Source of the DNA: Podarcis erhardii
Taxonomy: Eukaryota
Assembly (NCBI GenBank): GCA_964252035.1
Contig: OZ176203.1
Reading direction: 5' to 3' (one strand)
Length of the DNA: 64,000 bases
How positions within the stretch are numbered: the stretch's first letter is position 1; each line of letters opens with the position of its first letter. The notes under the pieces were generated by a model, which worked only from the letters and a program-made list of their open reading frames with translations, was not told the DNA's origin and did no database searches. Below, piece after piece: positions 1 through 12,945 of the stretch. The translations under genes were made by a program, and so were the position numbers.

Positions 1-877
1 AATTTAAAAAAAACCCAAATTGTGTATTTTGTTCTCTTCCAACTTTTCCTCACTCCAGCTTTATACTTATGGAGACTTCTGTGCGAGGGGAAAAAAACAG
101 GTTTTCATATCTTCCTTAAGAAAAAGAAAGGGATGAGGCTTAGTGGGAACATTTTAAGAGTCAATGGATCAGACTAATAACTTAGTACTGTATATTTATT
201 TATTTCAATATTTATGTCTTCTTTTAATTTCTAAATCTACAAGACAAATATATTTCATTTCTAAAAGTGAACAGAGATCTCCATATCTTGTTAATCTTCC
301 AGTATAATGTTTTGGATCACTATTTTATGTTGGATCCAGAGGATCTATGTTAGGGCTAAGCAACCTGGTTAGGACTGAGGGAAAGGTCAGAAACGTTTAT
401 ATTTTCAAATTCACCTTCACAAACATGAAATCTAAAACAGTATACAGTATTTAAATAACAGCTAGGAATCTAGGATTCTAACAAGTATCAATGCACACAT
501 AGTGAAACTTGGGGTGTTAATAGCATACCTTCAGTACATGATAAAGATGCTTCGGTTTTTAATCACCTATGATCATAATTCATAAAAATCTTGCCTGTGT
601 TATTATTTTTTCAACACAGGCTTTTAAAACCTCTTAGTCAAGTCTAATAGTTTCTACTTGCAAGTCATTTTTCAAACCATTATTCAACTGATAATAATAA
701 AAAAGGACACTAATATTAACTGGACAAATGTATAAGTTTGGCGGAATGGTGAATGGCATCCAGTGTTGTCCATGCACCTGCACTAATGGCTTCCTCTTCC
801 TTTCCTTCCTCCTGGAGCCTCCAAACATGCCCAAAACCTGAATTGGGGACCCTGATGAGCAGATTGGAGGAGAGTCA

Positions 878-1237
<360 letters not shown>

Positions 1238-1755
1238 TTATACAAGCAACAATGTGGTCATCCTTTTCTACCTGCTAGGATGATACAGATGACCACACTA
1301 CCGTTGGGTGAATGAGCTTATTCTGGGGCAGGCAATCAGGAGGCATCACGGCAATTTTGGGTGACCTCTTTTTGCACAGGGCTTTGTGGAAAGTTTTGCA
1401 AGTGCCTCCAATCAGCGGTGCATTTGGCCAAGTTGGGGGTTTACCTGCCCTACACCTGATGCATATAAAACAGCCTCATGGGCCAAATGGGAAGGCTCAG
1501 TGGGCCCGATTAGACTTGAAGGCCAGAGGTTCCCCACCACTGCTATAAAGAATAGTGCAAGACTATGACTGTGACTGGCTCAAGTTTAAATAGACGCTGC
1601 ATCTAAAAGCTATTTCACATGCCTTAGTTAGTCTAAGACACTTCCCCATATTGTTATAAAATGGGATGTTTTTAAAATAATATTGTTTAATCTAAATTAT
1701 TTCCCCACATCATCCTGTAGAAAAGACTGAAGTGAAATTTCAAGCTGTTATCTTA

Positions 1756-1932
<177 letters not shown>

Positions 1933-2078
1933 TCATCTTATTCCAAAACTGCAAAACTGGGGTGGTTTCTCAGTTAAGATGATGAAATGCCACTGCTCCT
2001 CATTTGGCCAGTCTCTGACATGAAAGCATATGTAAGTATCATCGGATGGCTGTGGGAGATTGCTGTTCATACAGAGTA

Positions 2079-2624
2079 CCGTATTTTTGCTCTATAAGAC
2101 GCATTTCCCCCCCTCCAAAAATTAAGGGGAAATGTGTGTGCATCTTATGGAGCGAATGCAGGCTCCATGGCTTCAGCGAAAGCAATGCGAAGCCTCCAAA
2201 GCGCAGCGGGAGCGCTCCTGCCGCGCTCCGGAGGCTTCGCATTGCTTTCACTGAAGCCTGGAGAGCAAGAGGGATTGGTGCGCACCGACCCCTCTCACTC
2301 TCCTGGCTTCAGGGATGGATGCCCAAAGCCTCCGGAGGCTTCACGTTGCTTTCGCTGAAGCCAGGAGAGCAAGAGATATCGGTGCGCACTGATCCCTCTT
2401 GCTCTCCTGGCTTCGCTTCGCTGGAGAGGCGCTGCGCAGCTTTCCCTCTCTGCGCAGCGCCCCTTCAGCGAAGCGGGAGGAGAAATGGAAGGGGCTCCGC
2501 TTCTCCTGCCACTTTGCTGAAGGGACACTGAGCAGAGAGGGAGAGATTTTTTTTTTCTTGTTCTCCCCCTCTAAAACTAGGTGTGTCTTATGGTCGGGTG
2601 CGTCCTATAGAGCGAAAAATACGG
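2079..2624. mobile_element. Non-autonomous Tc2/pogo-like DNA transposon (MITE) with GC-rich hairpin interior
   Basis: TIRs ccgtattttt(c)gctctata(a/g)gacgca at both ends flanked by TA (2077-78, 2625-26); no transposase ORF. Confidence 0.85.
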
Positions 2625-2936
2625 TATATAGCACAATTTCTCAAACCTGATCATCCAACAAGAGAGTAGAGATCCAAGAGCACCTGGGACAGCAACCACA
2701 TTTCTGGTATAGAAATACTATTTCAAACGCACTGTGCTTGGGGAGACATGAAAGCTCTGTCCGAGTACGTAACTTCTCAGTTCTCTCCTTCCAAGCTGGA
2801 TCCTTTCTACCAGTTACAAACAATGTCACAATAAATGTCACAGAACAGAGGGCTGTATCTGACTAGTCCATTTATTTCAATGGGTCTGCTCTGAGATGCA
2901 ACCCAGAAACAGCCTGCTTTTAGTTGGGCTCAATTA

Positions 2937-3101
<165 letters not shown>

Positions 3102-3855
3102 TCACATTTATCTTTCTCATCCAATGACGTGTATTAAAGCAAGGAGTCGTACATCTATTCTCTCTGTTGTTACCCTGACCACAGTGCACAGTTCAACAGA
3201 TAGGCCCAGTTACAGCAAATAATACATTTCTCCAGAAAATATGGATTTCTTGCTACAACTCAATTCTCTTTTGGATTAAATAACTCTCAAGATGTATGAA
3301 ATGTGAGGACAACTAAAAGAAAAGGGAGTCCCCCAGAGTCCTCGGTTCTTCATGGACAAGATTTTAGCAGTCCCATTTAGGAGAATTAGTATGAGGAATG
3401 CATGCCACTTTGAAAGGTTCCTTGGCTTTTCCAGAAGTTTGCATCTACAGAGGAATAATGTGGGAGAGCAACCTGAAATTCTGCTACTGGAATTATGAAA
3501 TTAGGAAAGTTGCATTTATTTGGCTTGTCAACTTTACAGACCAAGTTTAAACATGCTTACTTGAAAGGAAATGCCTGATGTCAACAGAATGTATTTCTTA
3601 ATAAATACACTTAGGACTGCAGCTTGTTCCCCAATTCTGAAACTAGCGGGACAATAGTGAATATTCATTGATTTTGATGGTATTCACTTTCCCAAGTATG
3701 CTTAGGATTACTTAAACAGACATGATTTACATATATTTGGATGCACCTTATATTCTGATGTGTTCCACCTCCCCCTTTTTTAAAATGGTACTTTTTCATT
3801 TCTTAGCACAGGCACATAGGGGAAGCAGTGAGAGTAAATAAGATCAATGTATGTA

Positions 3856-4097
3856 CAGTGGTACCTCGGGTTAAGTACTTAATTCGTTCCGGAGGTCTGT
3901 TCTTAACCTCAAACTGTTCTTAACCTGAAGCACCACTTTAGCTAATGGGGCCTCCCGCTGCCGCCGCACTGCCGGAGCACAATTTCTGTTCTCATCCTGA
4001 AGCAAAGTTCTTAACCCGAGGTACTATTTCTGGGTTAGCAGAGTCTGTAACTTGAAGGGTCTGTAACCTGAAGCGTATGTAACCCGAGGTACCACTG
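3856..4097. mobile_element. Tigger/mariner-type MITE, copy 1
   Basis: TIR cagtggtacctcgggtta...taacccgaggtaccactg with TA flanks; related copies occur five more times in the window. Confidence 0.9.
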
Positions 4098-4815
4098 TAA
4101 TGCAAAAGGATGGGGAATAAAGGATGGACCTGGGGATTACAAGGAAGAACAGGGTGCTGTATTGAGTGAAACTCCCTATTTGGAAGGCTGCTCAAATTCC
4201 CCCTAGCTTTAAGGCTAAATCCAGAAGCATGTATCTACACCTGACCACAGGTTGTACCCCCGAGTAGAGCTTTCTCTTCAAGTTTTGTTACAGAAAAATC
4301 ATAGTCACACCCCATAGTCAAATTCAACTGGACTTAACTGTCCAGGGGTCCTTACCTTTTTACCTTTTACAGAACACCTCATTTAAAAGATACTAATTTT
4401 CCACACATAGTGACCTAGCATGGCTAGACAGTTATCAGTTATATTTTGTTGGAAGCTGACAAGAGTGTCTGGGGCAACCCAGTCAGATGGGCAGATTATT
4501 ATTATTATTATTATTTAATTAACATCATTGCCACTGCAAACTTGCTGCTTTGGGCAAACAGCTGCATGTACAAAATTCTCCATCATAAGGACCAGGAACT
4601 TCACTTTGACAATTGAATTCAAGGCCATATTCTGCAATCAAAGCAAAGTACATTTATACAACCCATAGCTTTAGCAACTCCCCTTCCTCTCTCCCCCACC
4701 CCATGACACTTCAAACAATGCAATTCTGGCTACATTTGTTCTTCCTTTCCCATAAGCACTCACATGGCAACTGAAGTTGCTCCTAAGGATAAAAATTGCA
4801 TTTCATTGACCTCAC

Positions 4816-5151
4816 CTCAGGCTGTGACAATTGGGGAGCGTGATCCAACCGGACAGCTGAAGTGAAATAATCAATGGGGTGCCACCGTGTTGAAATGAAA
4901 AACGCCTCTGCTTTGTTGATTTCATTGTGGTTAGGATTGAAAATCTGGAAGGATGACGTGTCCACGCTAGAGGTCAGGTATCTTGCCATTTCTTGGAGAG
5001 GGAACGCGACTCCAGTGAACTGTTTTTCGTTTAATTGCAAGACTTCTGAAAACGAAGCATACTTTATGGGGCTGCTTCTGGTTGCGAGATGTCTCCTCAG
5101 CAGGTAGCTAATTGTTAGAAATCTTCTTGGTTTTGCTTTCTGGAGCACCAT
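4816..5151 (-). CDS. GTPBP8: GTPBP8 first coding exon (MVLQKAKPRRFLTISYLLRRHLATRSS...IDYFTSAVRLDHAPQLSQPE), 112 codons
   Basis: ATG at 5151 with an in-frame TGA upstream; donor |gtgagg at 4815; acceptor atatgaag| at 5192 implies an upstream non-coding exon; Arg-rich, acid-free N-terminus resembles a mitochondrial presequence; C-terminus matches recalled GTPBP8 IDY.SSAVR.DHAP.L..PE. Confidence 0.93.
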
Positions 5152-5397
5152 TGTGCCTGGATTTTCAACAGCCACACAATCAACTCAGGTCCTTCATATT
5201 TTAAAAAACAAAAACTTCTGTTGTGGGTTCTTGAGTTCTGACTGCTGTTTTAAAGAGAAATAAGAGGAGGATTTAAGTTATTGTAGCAATTGCCAAAAAC
5301 ACCACCAACAACATACAAACGCAAATTCATCCCTCAGTGCATTAAACCACTGCTTTCCTTCAAGACTTTCAGCACAGGTGCCAGACAGAACAATATA

Positions 5398-5644
5398 CAG
5401 TGGTACTTCAGGTTAAGTACTTAATTCGTTCCGGAGGTCTGTTCTTTACCTGAAACTGTTCTTAACCTGAAGCACCACTTTAGCTAATGGGGCCTCCTGC
5501 TGCCGCCGTGCCGCCAGAGTACGATTTCTGTTCTTATCCTGAAGCAAAGTTCTTAACCTGAAGCACTATTTCTGGGTTAGCGGAGTCCGTAACCTGAAGC
5601 ATATGTAACCTGAAGCATACCGTATGTAACCCAAGGTACCACTG
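5398..5644. mobile_element. Tigger/mariner-type MITE, copy 2 (same orientation as copy 1)
   Basis: cagtggtac...gtaccactg termini, TA flanks, interior colinear with 3856-4097. Confidence 0.9.
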
Positions 5645-6226
5645 TACACATAGTGCAATCCTCCACATTTCTGCTCAAAACTAAAAATGCAATCCTTTGT
5701 GTATGTGTTCAGAAGTAACTCCCTCCAAGTTCAGCTGCACTTATTCCCAGGTACATGGGACTACACCCTAAGAAGAAAATTGATATAGAAACAGGGCCAG
5801 CACTGGAAAATTAAAGATTCCATACGCCCCACCCCCCATCAAAAATCCACAAATTGGTGAGAGACAACATTTTCATGGATGTCCATTAAAACATACATGT
5901 AAAGTTGATATGCATTTCAATATGTATTTTTATAACATATATTTTCAACTGCTGATTTTATTTATACTTTGGGTGGGGAGGGAAATAGGTCAGCTTGCTT
6001 TTGACTTCAGACTTTTATTGGTAGCTGTAATGTTTATTTTATGTAAACCACTTAAGAGCTGGAATGGACTCCCTTGGAAGATGGACTCCTTCCTTGGGAG
6101 GTTTTTATTAATATTAATTATTATTATTATTATTATTATTAATACCCCACCCATCTGGCTGGGTTTCCCCAGCTACTCTGGGCGGCTTCCAACAAAATAT
6201 TAAAATACAATAATCTGTTAAACATT

Positions 6227-6429
6227 CCTTCCAGTAGCACCTTAAAGACCAACTAAGTCAGTTCTTGGTATGAGCTTTCGTGTGCATGCACACTTCTTCA
6301 GATACCATGCACACGTGCATGCACACGAAAGCTCATACCAAGAACTGACTTAGTTGTTCTTTAAGGTGCTACTGGAAGGAATTTGTTTTGTTTTGACTAT
6401 GGCAGACCAACACGGCTACCTATCTGTAA
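6227..6429. mobile_element. Penelope-like element remnant (inverted pseudo-LTR pair) inserted in an L2 3' end
   Basis: 12-bp TSD ctgttaaacatt (6215-6226, 6430-6441); 68-bp inverted arms 6224-6291 and 6315-6382 with one mismatch; gtagcacctt-aagaccaac...gagctttcg motif typical of reptile Penelope termini. Confidence 0.85.
6267..6306 (-). ncRNA. Minimal type I hammerhead ribozyme motif of the Penelope pseudo-LTR
   Basis: Minus strand reads GGUAU-CUGAAGA-A-GUGUGC-AU-GCACAC-GAAA-G-CUC-AUACC: intact CUGANGA and GAAA cores, stem I GGUAU/AUACC, stem II GUGUGC/GCACAC, palindromic AGCU helix III, CUC cleavage triplet. Confidence 0.8.
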
Positions 6430-6689
6430 CTGTTAAACATTAAAAGCTTCCCTAAACGGGGTTGCCTTCAAATGTCTTCTAAAAGTCTGGTGGTTTAAGC
6501 AGAGGTTGGATAACCATCTGCCATAGATACTTTAGTTGTGATTCCTGCAATGGACTAGATTACTCTTGGGGTCCTTTCGACCTCTACGTTTCTACTATTC
6601 CGTTTCCGCAATTAGGCAATACTGAGTACACAATTCTGTTCATTTAATAAATAAAAAGGGGCCATTTCAAGCCAATGGAGAAAGGAGCC

Positions 6690-7480
6690 CTCGGTTGAAA
6701 CCGATCATTTACCTGCCGACTCCAAAGTTGGCACCCATTCGCTCCAGTGGCGCATCTTCCAAAATAAGTGCTCACCCCGCAACCCGACAGCAGCCATAGG
6801 AAGCTGCGCCCGAAGACTCACGCTTTTTTCTCTGCACTCTGAATACCTAAAGCCACAACTGCTGCTTCCCCCACTTACCTGGGTATATAAGCCCCACTGC
6901 ATTCAGCAGGACTTACTTCCAAGCAGGCATGCTTAGTTAGGGCTTGCAATCTACGCCAGGGAGCGCAGCGCATCCGCCGGGGTCTTTAACCCGGAAGCCA
7001 GGACGATCGCTCCGCCTCCTTCCCGGTCTAAAGAACCGCAGATAGTTAAGTCACTTGTAGGGTAAGCTCCTCTGAGTTGCTTGTAGGTCTCCCCTTCGTC
7101 TGCTGCTTGCAACGGGGCGAGGAGTCGATGCAAGGCTGCTTTGCAAGCGCGACAACCAAGTCAAACGCTCAGCCTCAGGGCTGCTCCCTTCGCTTTTAGG
7201 AGTGATCACTGCCGACCAGATCGGCGATCGCAAGGCAATGCGGTCGCTGCGGCTTCAAAACTCTTTTTTAAATAGCTCACCCTTTCCACAGAGTCAGAAT
7301 GCCTGCATTTGCTCCTACTTGGTGCCTGCGTGTATTGAGAAAGGGAGGGAGGCAAGACGAGGCAATGCTGCCAAATCACAGTCCGGGCGGGGGACGACGA
7401 CCTGGATTTCCTCCAAGATGGAGAGAATCGCTTTCATTCCCGCTGTTGAGAAAGAGGAGCACGTGGCGTCAGAACCGCTG
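6690..7480. promoter_or_regulatory. CpG-island-like promoter / 5' region of GTPBP8
   Basis: Local rise in GC and CpG not explained by a recognisable young repeat; ETS-like ccggaag (~6991), GC box gggcggg (~7385), E-box/CRE-like cacgtggcgtca (~7460); lies just 5' of the GTPBP8 ATG exon. Confidence 0.65.
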
Positions 7481-9755
7481 TCTGTACATACAGGAATTGT
7501 ACATTCCTGCCCACACAGGAATCTTACTTGGAATAGGCTTTGTTGAACACTTGAGGCTTACTTCTGAGTAAACATGCTTTGGGCTGCTCTGACTGCTAGG
7601 TCTGCAAAAGGGCCACTTAGACTAGACGTTCTCCTTGGGGATGGGGGCATAGCTGTCAACGTTTTCCCCTTTTTAAGGGAAAGTCCCTTATTCTGAATAG
7701 GATTCCTCGCAAGAAAAGGGAAAAGTTGACAGCTATGGATGGGGGGCACCATTCTGCCCCCCCCACTTAAAAGTGCCAGGCGTTTATTTTAGTTTCTGAG
7801 GGTTTTGGAGCCTGCTGCCCCATGGTGCTGGACAGGAGTGCCAGCTTTGCCCCCGGGGCCGTGGGTGCCATGCAGTGTGCATGGTCCTGTCACTGAAATT
7901 TGCGGGTGCCCAGCCCCTTCATGGGGAATTTGGTGGGTGCTTGGGCACCCAGGGCCCCAGGGAGTTGGTACCTATGGGGCTGGAGTAGAAGAAAATGGTG
8001 AGAAGAGTAGGGTCAGGACCAGGGCTGGCCCAGGATATTTTGGCACCTGAGGTGGACCCCAAAACTGTGCTTCCCACCCTGCTATGGAAGAAGGGCTAAG
8101 GGAAGATCTACATCAGAAACATGAGGGGAAGAAAGCTTGACATTTATATGCTGATAATAATATTTTATACTATTCTAATGATTGTTGAATGTTACTTTTT
8201 TGATGTAGGTTGCCTATTTTAAAGTTATGTTTTATTATCACATTTTTGTATTGCATTAGATTATTATAAGATGTACATTTTTTTGTTTCTTCAGCTTGTA
8301 AACCGCCTTGAGTATTGTAAGATAGAAAGACAGTATGATGATGACATACGATGATGACATAGGGATCTTTTGCCTCAGTGAATCCTGCCACCTGAGGCAG
8401 GCGCCTCACCTTGCCTCATGGGTGGGCTGGCCTTGATCAGGATGGTGTTAGAAGCTGAAACGTGGGGAAATTGTAAACCGCATTGCTGCTAAGAGATGTG
8501 TTGGAGAAACCTGAGGACCATGTTTTTGAAATGAAGCCCCAGCATCAATATAACTTTATAAAACCCTTCAGAGTCAGAACCCATCAGTAACTAACGAACC
8601 ACAAGAAGCATGCACTGCGTATTATTCGAGATATGTCATGTTTATCTCCAAGCAATAACGATACAACAGTTCTTGCTTTCACCGCTGGGTGGCAATAAAG
8701 GTACAAGAAGAAGAAGCATGTTGCTATAGTCAGTCATTCAAAACTGGGAAGGGGATGAAGTTGAGGACAATATTCGGTCCTGCAACAAAATGTTTCTTGC
8801 ATGTAGAGTGGGGGTGGGGAGATATTGAAAGCAAGGATCATATTGGCTGCCTCATTTCCAGCTTCCAAACCCCCAGCTTTAGTTGGGATTCCTGCATTGT
8901 AGGGGGTTGGGCTAGATGACCCTTGGATCCCTTCCAACTCTGTGATTATATGAAAACACTACTTAGGAGTTCTCAGGTTGCCTAGAGAAAGCCACTCCAC
9001 CTGAGAGCGACAGCTGTGCTTGTGCTATATCCCTCCTCCCCTTGTTTTCACGGGACTGCCTGCATTTGCCCACACATAGTTTTTCTTCCCTTTTCTTGTC
9101 CACAAAGCTTTTTTGAACTTTATGGACTTCTGCAAATCTTGGACTTGCATGCAGATACCTTGTGCATGGCTGGTGCTGTTTGGCTATGTAAGTATCAGCA
9201 CTCACCCCTGAAGTTGGGAAATAGAGGAAACAAGTAGGGCAGAACATTGCTCTGGTGTTCATGCATTACATGAGCCTGTGGCTCGGGTTTAAAAACAACC
9301 AAATGTTAGTATCAAACACTGAAGTTTATCTTCTAATCATATGCATTTAAAAAAAACCTTTTCAACTTGTTTTTTAGATACATGTTTTAGATACATATTG
9401 TGTTTCCAGCATTTAAAAGTGCAACATGGCTGCATGTAAGACTTCTGCATGCAACTGAGTTCTTGATATGGCATGCAAAGAGCTCTGAGAAAGAATGAGG
9501 TGGATTGACCTTTGCTGCGACCTGAGGAGCATGGAGCATTTTATTTTCTACTAGGAATCCAAATGAGTGTTGGCTTCACCTCTACCCTGCGTTGTTAACA
9601 TTGGACTATGTTGCAAGAATGCTATAAGCTAATATTTATCAGTGCAGCCCTCCAAGCCACAGTAGGTCATATAACAGTGACCTACAGCCATACTCCAAGC
9701 CTGCAGTGATGGTTGTAGGGGTCTGATGCCTCTGGACAGCACTGCAGGGTTGTTG

Positions 9756-9991
9756 TGTGTGGTGTAGTGGTTAAGAGCGGTAGTCTCGTAATCTGGTGAA
9801 CCGGGTTTGATTCCCCACTCCTCCACATGCAGCTGCTGGGTGACCTTGGGCCAGTCACACTTCTGTGAAGTCTCTCAGCCTCACTCACCTCACAGAGTGT
9901 TTGTTGTGGGGGAGGAGGGGAAAGGAGAATGTTAGCCGCTTTGAGACTCCTTAGGGTAGTGATAAAGCAGGATATCAAATCCAAACTTCTT
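9756..9991 (+). mobile_element. tRNA-derived CORE-type SINE (Squam3/MIR-like)
   Basis: A box tggtgtagtgg, B box ggtttgattcc, CORE-like gggtgaccttgggccagtca, short ttctt tail. Confidence 0.75.
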
Positions 9992-11369
9992 GTTTACCTG
10001 GCCTGTAATATTCAATGTGAATTATACTCTGGGCTGTAATAAGTAACTGCTGCAACCCCTTTGAATCTGCAGTATGTTTTTGCTTAATGTAGCATTTCCT
10101 TTTATAATAATAGTAATAATAAATTTTATTTATACTCCGTCCTCCCCGGCCAGAGCCAGGCTCAGGGCGGCTAACACCAGTAAAATTACAGTAAAAACAT
10201 AATAGGGGGAAAAAAAAACCTTAAAATACTGCTTGTTTACATTGTTTTGATATTTTTAGGTGTTCTGCTCTGATCTTCTTCAGGGGGTAGATCAGGATAC
10301 TGTATAAAGAATTCCAAATAAATATATACGTTAAGAAGTGGTGGGATCTAACTAAAGTTTGCTGAAATGAACATTTCATTTAGGAGCCGCCATCTAGCAG
10401 ATGTGCAGCAGCTATTTGAGAACAGAAACTCTTACTTGTTGGCATATATTTGTGGAAAGAGGAATTTTGTCACCAGGTCACTGTTGGCATTTATAATGTT
10501 TCTCATCGTCGGCCCACACAGCTTCTAACTATGCAGCTGAAGTCATAAGCATGACACTGCAAATATGGAAACTGAGGTTTTTAATAGGGGGAGAAAACCC
10601 GCCTAGAAATCATTTGGGAATTTAGACTTTTTCAAACACTCTCTTGTAAAAGTTCCTTCCGTAAGAGTCACACAAAAAGAAATTCTCATTGAGGCTATCA
10701 GCAGAGTGGGTGTTTCTCAGAATAAGCAATACACATTAACTTTTCAAACGCCTCTGCAAAATTTTACCTCGCACAGGAAGCCATGGTAACTGTTGTGTCA
10801 TAAGCTTCTGCTCCAGTTAAGACTGTGATTTAGCTGCACAGAATTTAGCCTGTAAATTCTTTCTTTCTGCTTCTAAAACTCCCCTGCTGGCCAGTTGCAG
10901 CTTCACCCATTCAATCGTCTGGAAGGTTATGGAGTTTTAAAAGCTAAGATTTCCTTCCTTGTGGTTAGGGATGGTAAAGCATGTGCTTATCCACATTTAT
11001 GGTACCTTTCCTCCTCACTTCCCAGGCATGGTTTGTGCCTTACTGCTCCATGTCTGAGTGCCCATTTTTTTGCTCCAGAGCTTTCCCCACCAAAATTTGC
11101 TCTTTAAAGCTGAATCAGAACAAACGGCAATCTGTGGGAAACCCAATTTGCCATTTGTTCCGAGTTGGTTTTAAAGAGCGAGTTTTTGCAGGGAAAGGTG
11201 TGGGGGTGTGCTTGGACATGCCTGCTCTTGATGTATTTTTAATCCTTGTTGGAAGCCGCAAAGAGTGGCTGGGGAAACCCAGCCAGATGAGCGGGGTACA
11301 AATAATAAATTATTATTATTGATGGGGTTATACTCCCTCTGAAGGAGCAAGTATGCAGGGTACTTATGG

Positions 11370-12150
11370 ATCCTTTGCAGTCACCTGAGGCTCAGGAGGC
11401 CTCAGTGGGACAGAGTGCCTTCCATCAGCTTCAGCTATGGTCCAGCTATGCCCCTATCTGGATGGTGGTAGCCTAACTTCTGTTGTCTATGCTCTGGCAA
11501 CCTCTAGGTTAGGTTACTACAACACATTATACGTAGAGCTGCCTCTGAAGATGGTTCGGAAATGTTAGCTGGTGCAGAATTTGGCAGCCAGGTTGCTCAT
11601 CAGGGCAAGGTGGTTTGAGCAGATTACACCAATCCTGGCCCAACTGCACTGGCTGCCAATTAGTGTCCAGTCCCAGTTCACAGTACTAGTTTTGACTTAT
11701 AAAGCCTCAAACGGCTCAGGACTGCAATACTTCAAGGACCGCCACCCTCCGTATGAACCGACCCAGACCTTGCAATCATCATCTGAGGCCCTTCTTTGTG
11801 TACCTCCTCCATGAGTGGTCCAGAGGGTGACAACACAAGAACGGTCCTTTTCTGCAGTAGCTCCCCTTGTGTGGAATGTTCTCCCCAGGAGGATTTGGCT
11901 AGTGCCTTCCTTATATACCTTTAGACACCCAGGGGAAAATGTTCCTCTTCAACCAGGCCTTGGGCTGATTAATACCCCTTTTAAATGTCTTTGTGGGAAG
12001 GACTGGAGGGAGGGGGTTATGGGTTTGTGGGTTTTTTGTTCTTGTTTTTATAATGTATTTTGTGCTTTTAGATTGTATTCTTATAACGTGAACCACCCTG
12101 AGATCTATGGATAAAGGGTGGTATACAAATTTAAACAATAATAATAAATT
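11370..12150 (+). mobile_element. L2 LINE 3' fragment (degenerate ORF2 end)
   Basis: VQNLAARLL...ITPILAQLHWLP...VLVLTYKA, an L2 ORF2 C-terminal signature; (AAT)n tail. Confidence 0.85.
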
Positions 12151-12238
12151 TTAAGTATGTGTACCTGTTCCACAAAAGGTAAGTATGCATAAACCCTCAG
12201 TTTCAAACCTCACCAGAAGCTTTTTTTTTTTAGGAATA

Positions 12239-12474
12239 CAGTCTTACCTCGGGTTACAGAGGCTTCAGTTTGCGTTTTTTTGGGTTGCGGACCACCAAAA
12301 CCTGGAAGTACCAGAACGGGTTACTTCGGTGGTCTCACATGCGCAGAAGCGCTAAATCGCCGAATCACAACTCACGTGTGTGCATATGCGCTGTGCGCTG
12401 CTGCGGGTTGCGGATGCTGTGGGTTGCGAATGTCCATCCCGCATGGATCATGTTTGCAACTCGAGCGTCCACTG
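12239..12474. mobile_element. Tigger/mariner-type MITE, related subfamily
   Basis: ta-cagtcttacctcgggtt...ctcgagcgtccactg-ta termini. Confidence 0.75.
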
Positions 12475-12529
12475 TACTAGGTGCAGAGATACCCAGGGAC
12501 CCGGTGGGGGGGGGACCTGTTTATGTATG

Positions 12530-12945
12530 CAACGACAGCTGCCCAAATGACGTTCAAAAATGGAAAGAAGATACAGTCCCAACCATGGAAGAATGGCAGA
12601 TAAAATTAATGGACTATGTTGAAATAGCAAAACTTACTGGAAGAATAAGAAACCAAAAAGAAATAACTTTTAACAAAGATTGGGGAAAATATGTGGACTA
12701 ACTGAAAAACTATAGTAAACATTTAAATTAATTAGCAGGATTAATGTAGAACAAACAGTTAAGTAGATTTGTTAAGGAAACTTTAGATTCTAAATAATAA
12801 TTTGGCGATGCAGTAAGAAAATTACCACATAAAAAACCACAAAAGGTGGGGAGGGAAGTCAAATGATGTTATTGGATAGTTTATGCAATTTTAATGATTG
12901 TTGTAAAATTGAGAATCAAAATATAACATTTGTTTTTAAAATAGA
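12530..12945 (+). mobile_element. L1/Tx1 LINE 3' fragment
   Basis: KWKEDTVPTMEEWQIKLMDYVEIAKLT...FNKDW peptide typical of squamate L1 ORF2 end, followed by an A-rich 3' region. Confidence 0.75.

Noticed and set aside
9756-9830. Possible tRNA genes (also at 29249, 32182 and 33712)
   Set aside because: The A/B boxes continue into SINE bodies and tails; no complete cloverleaf
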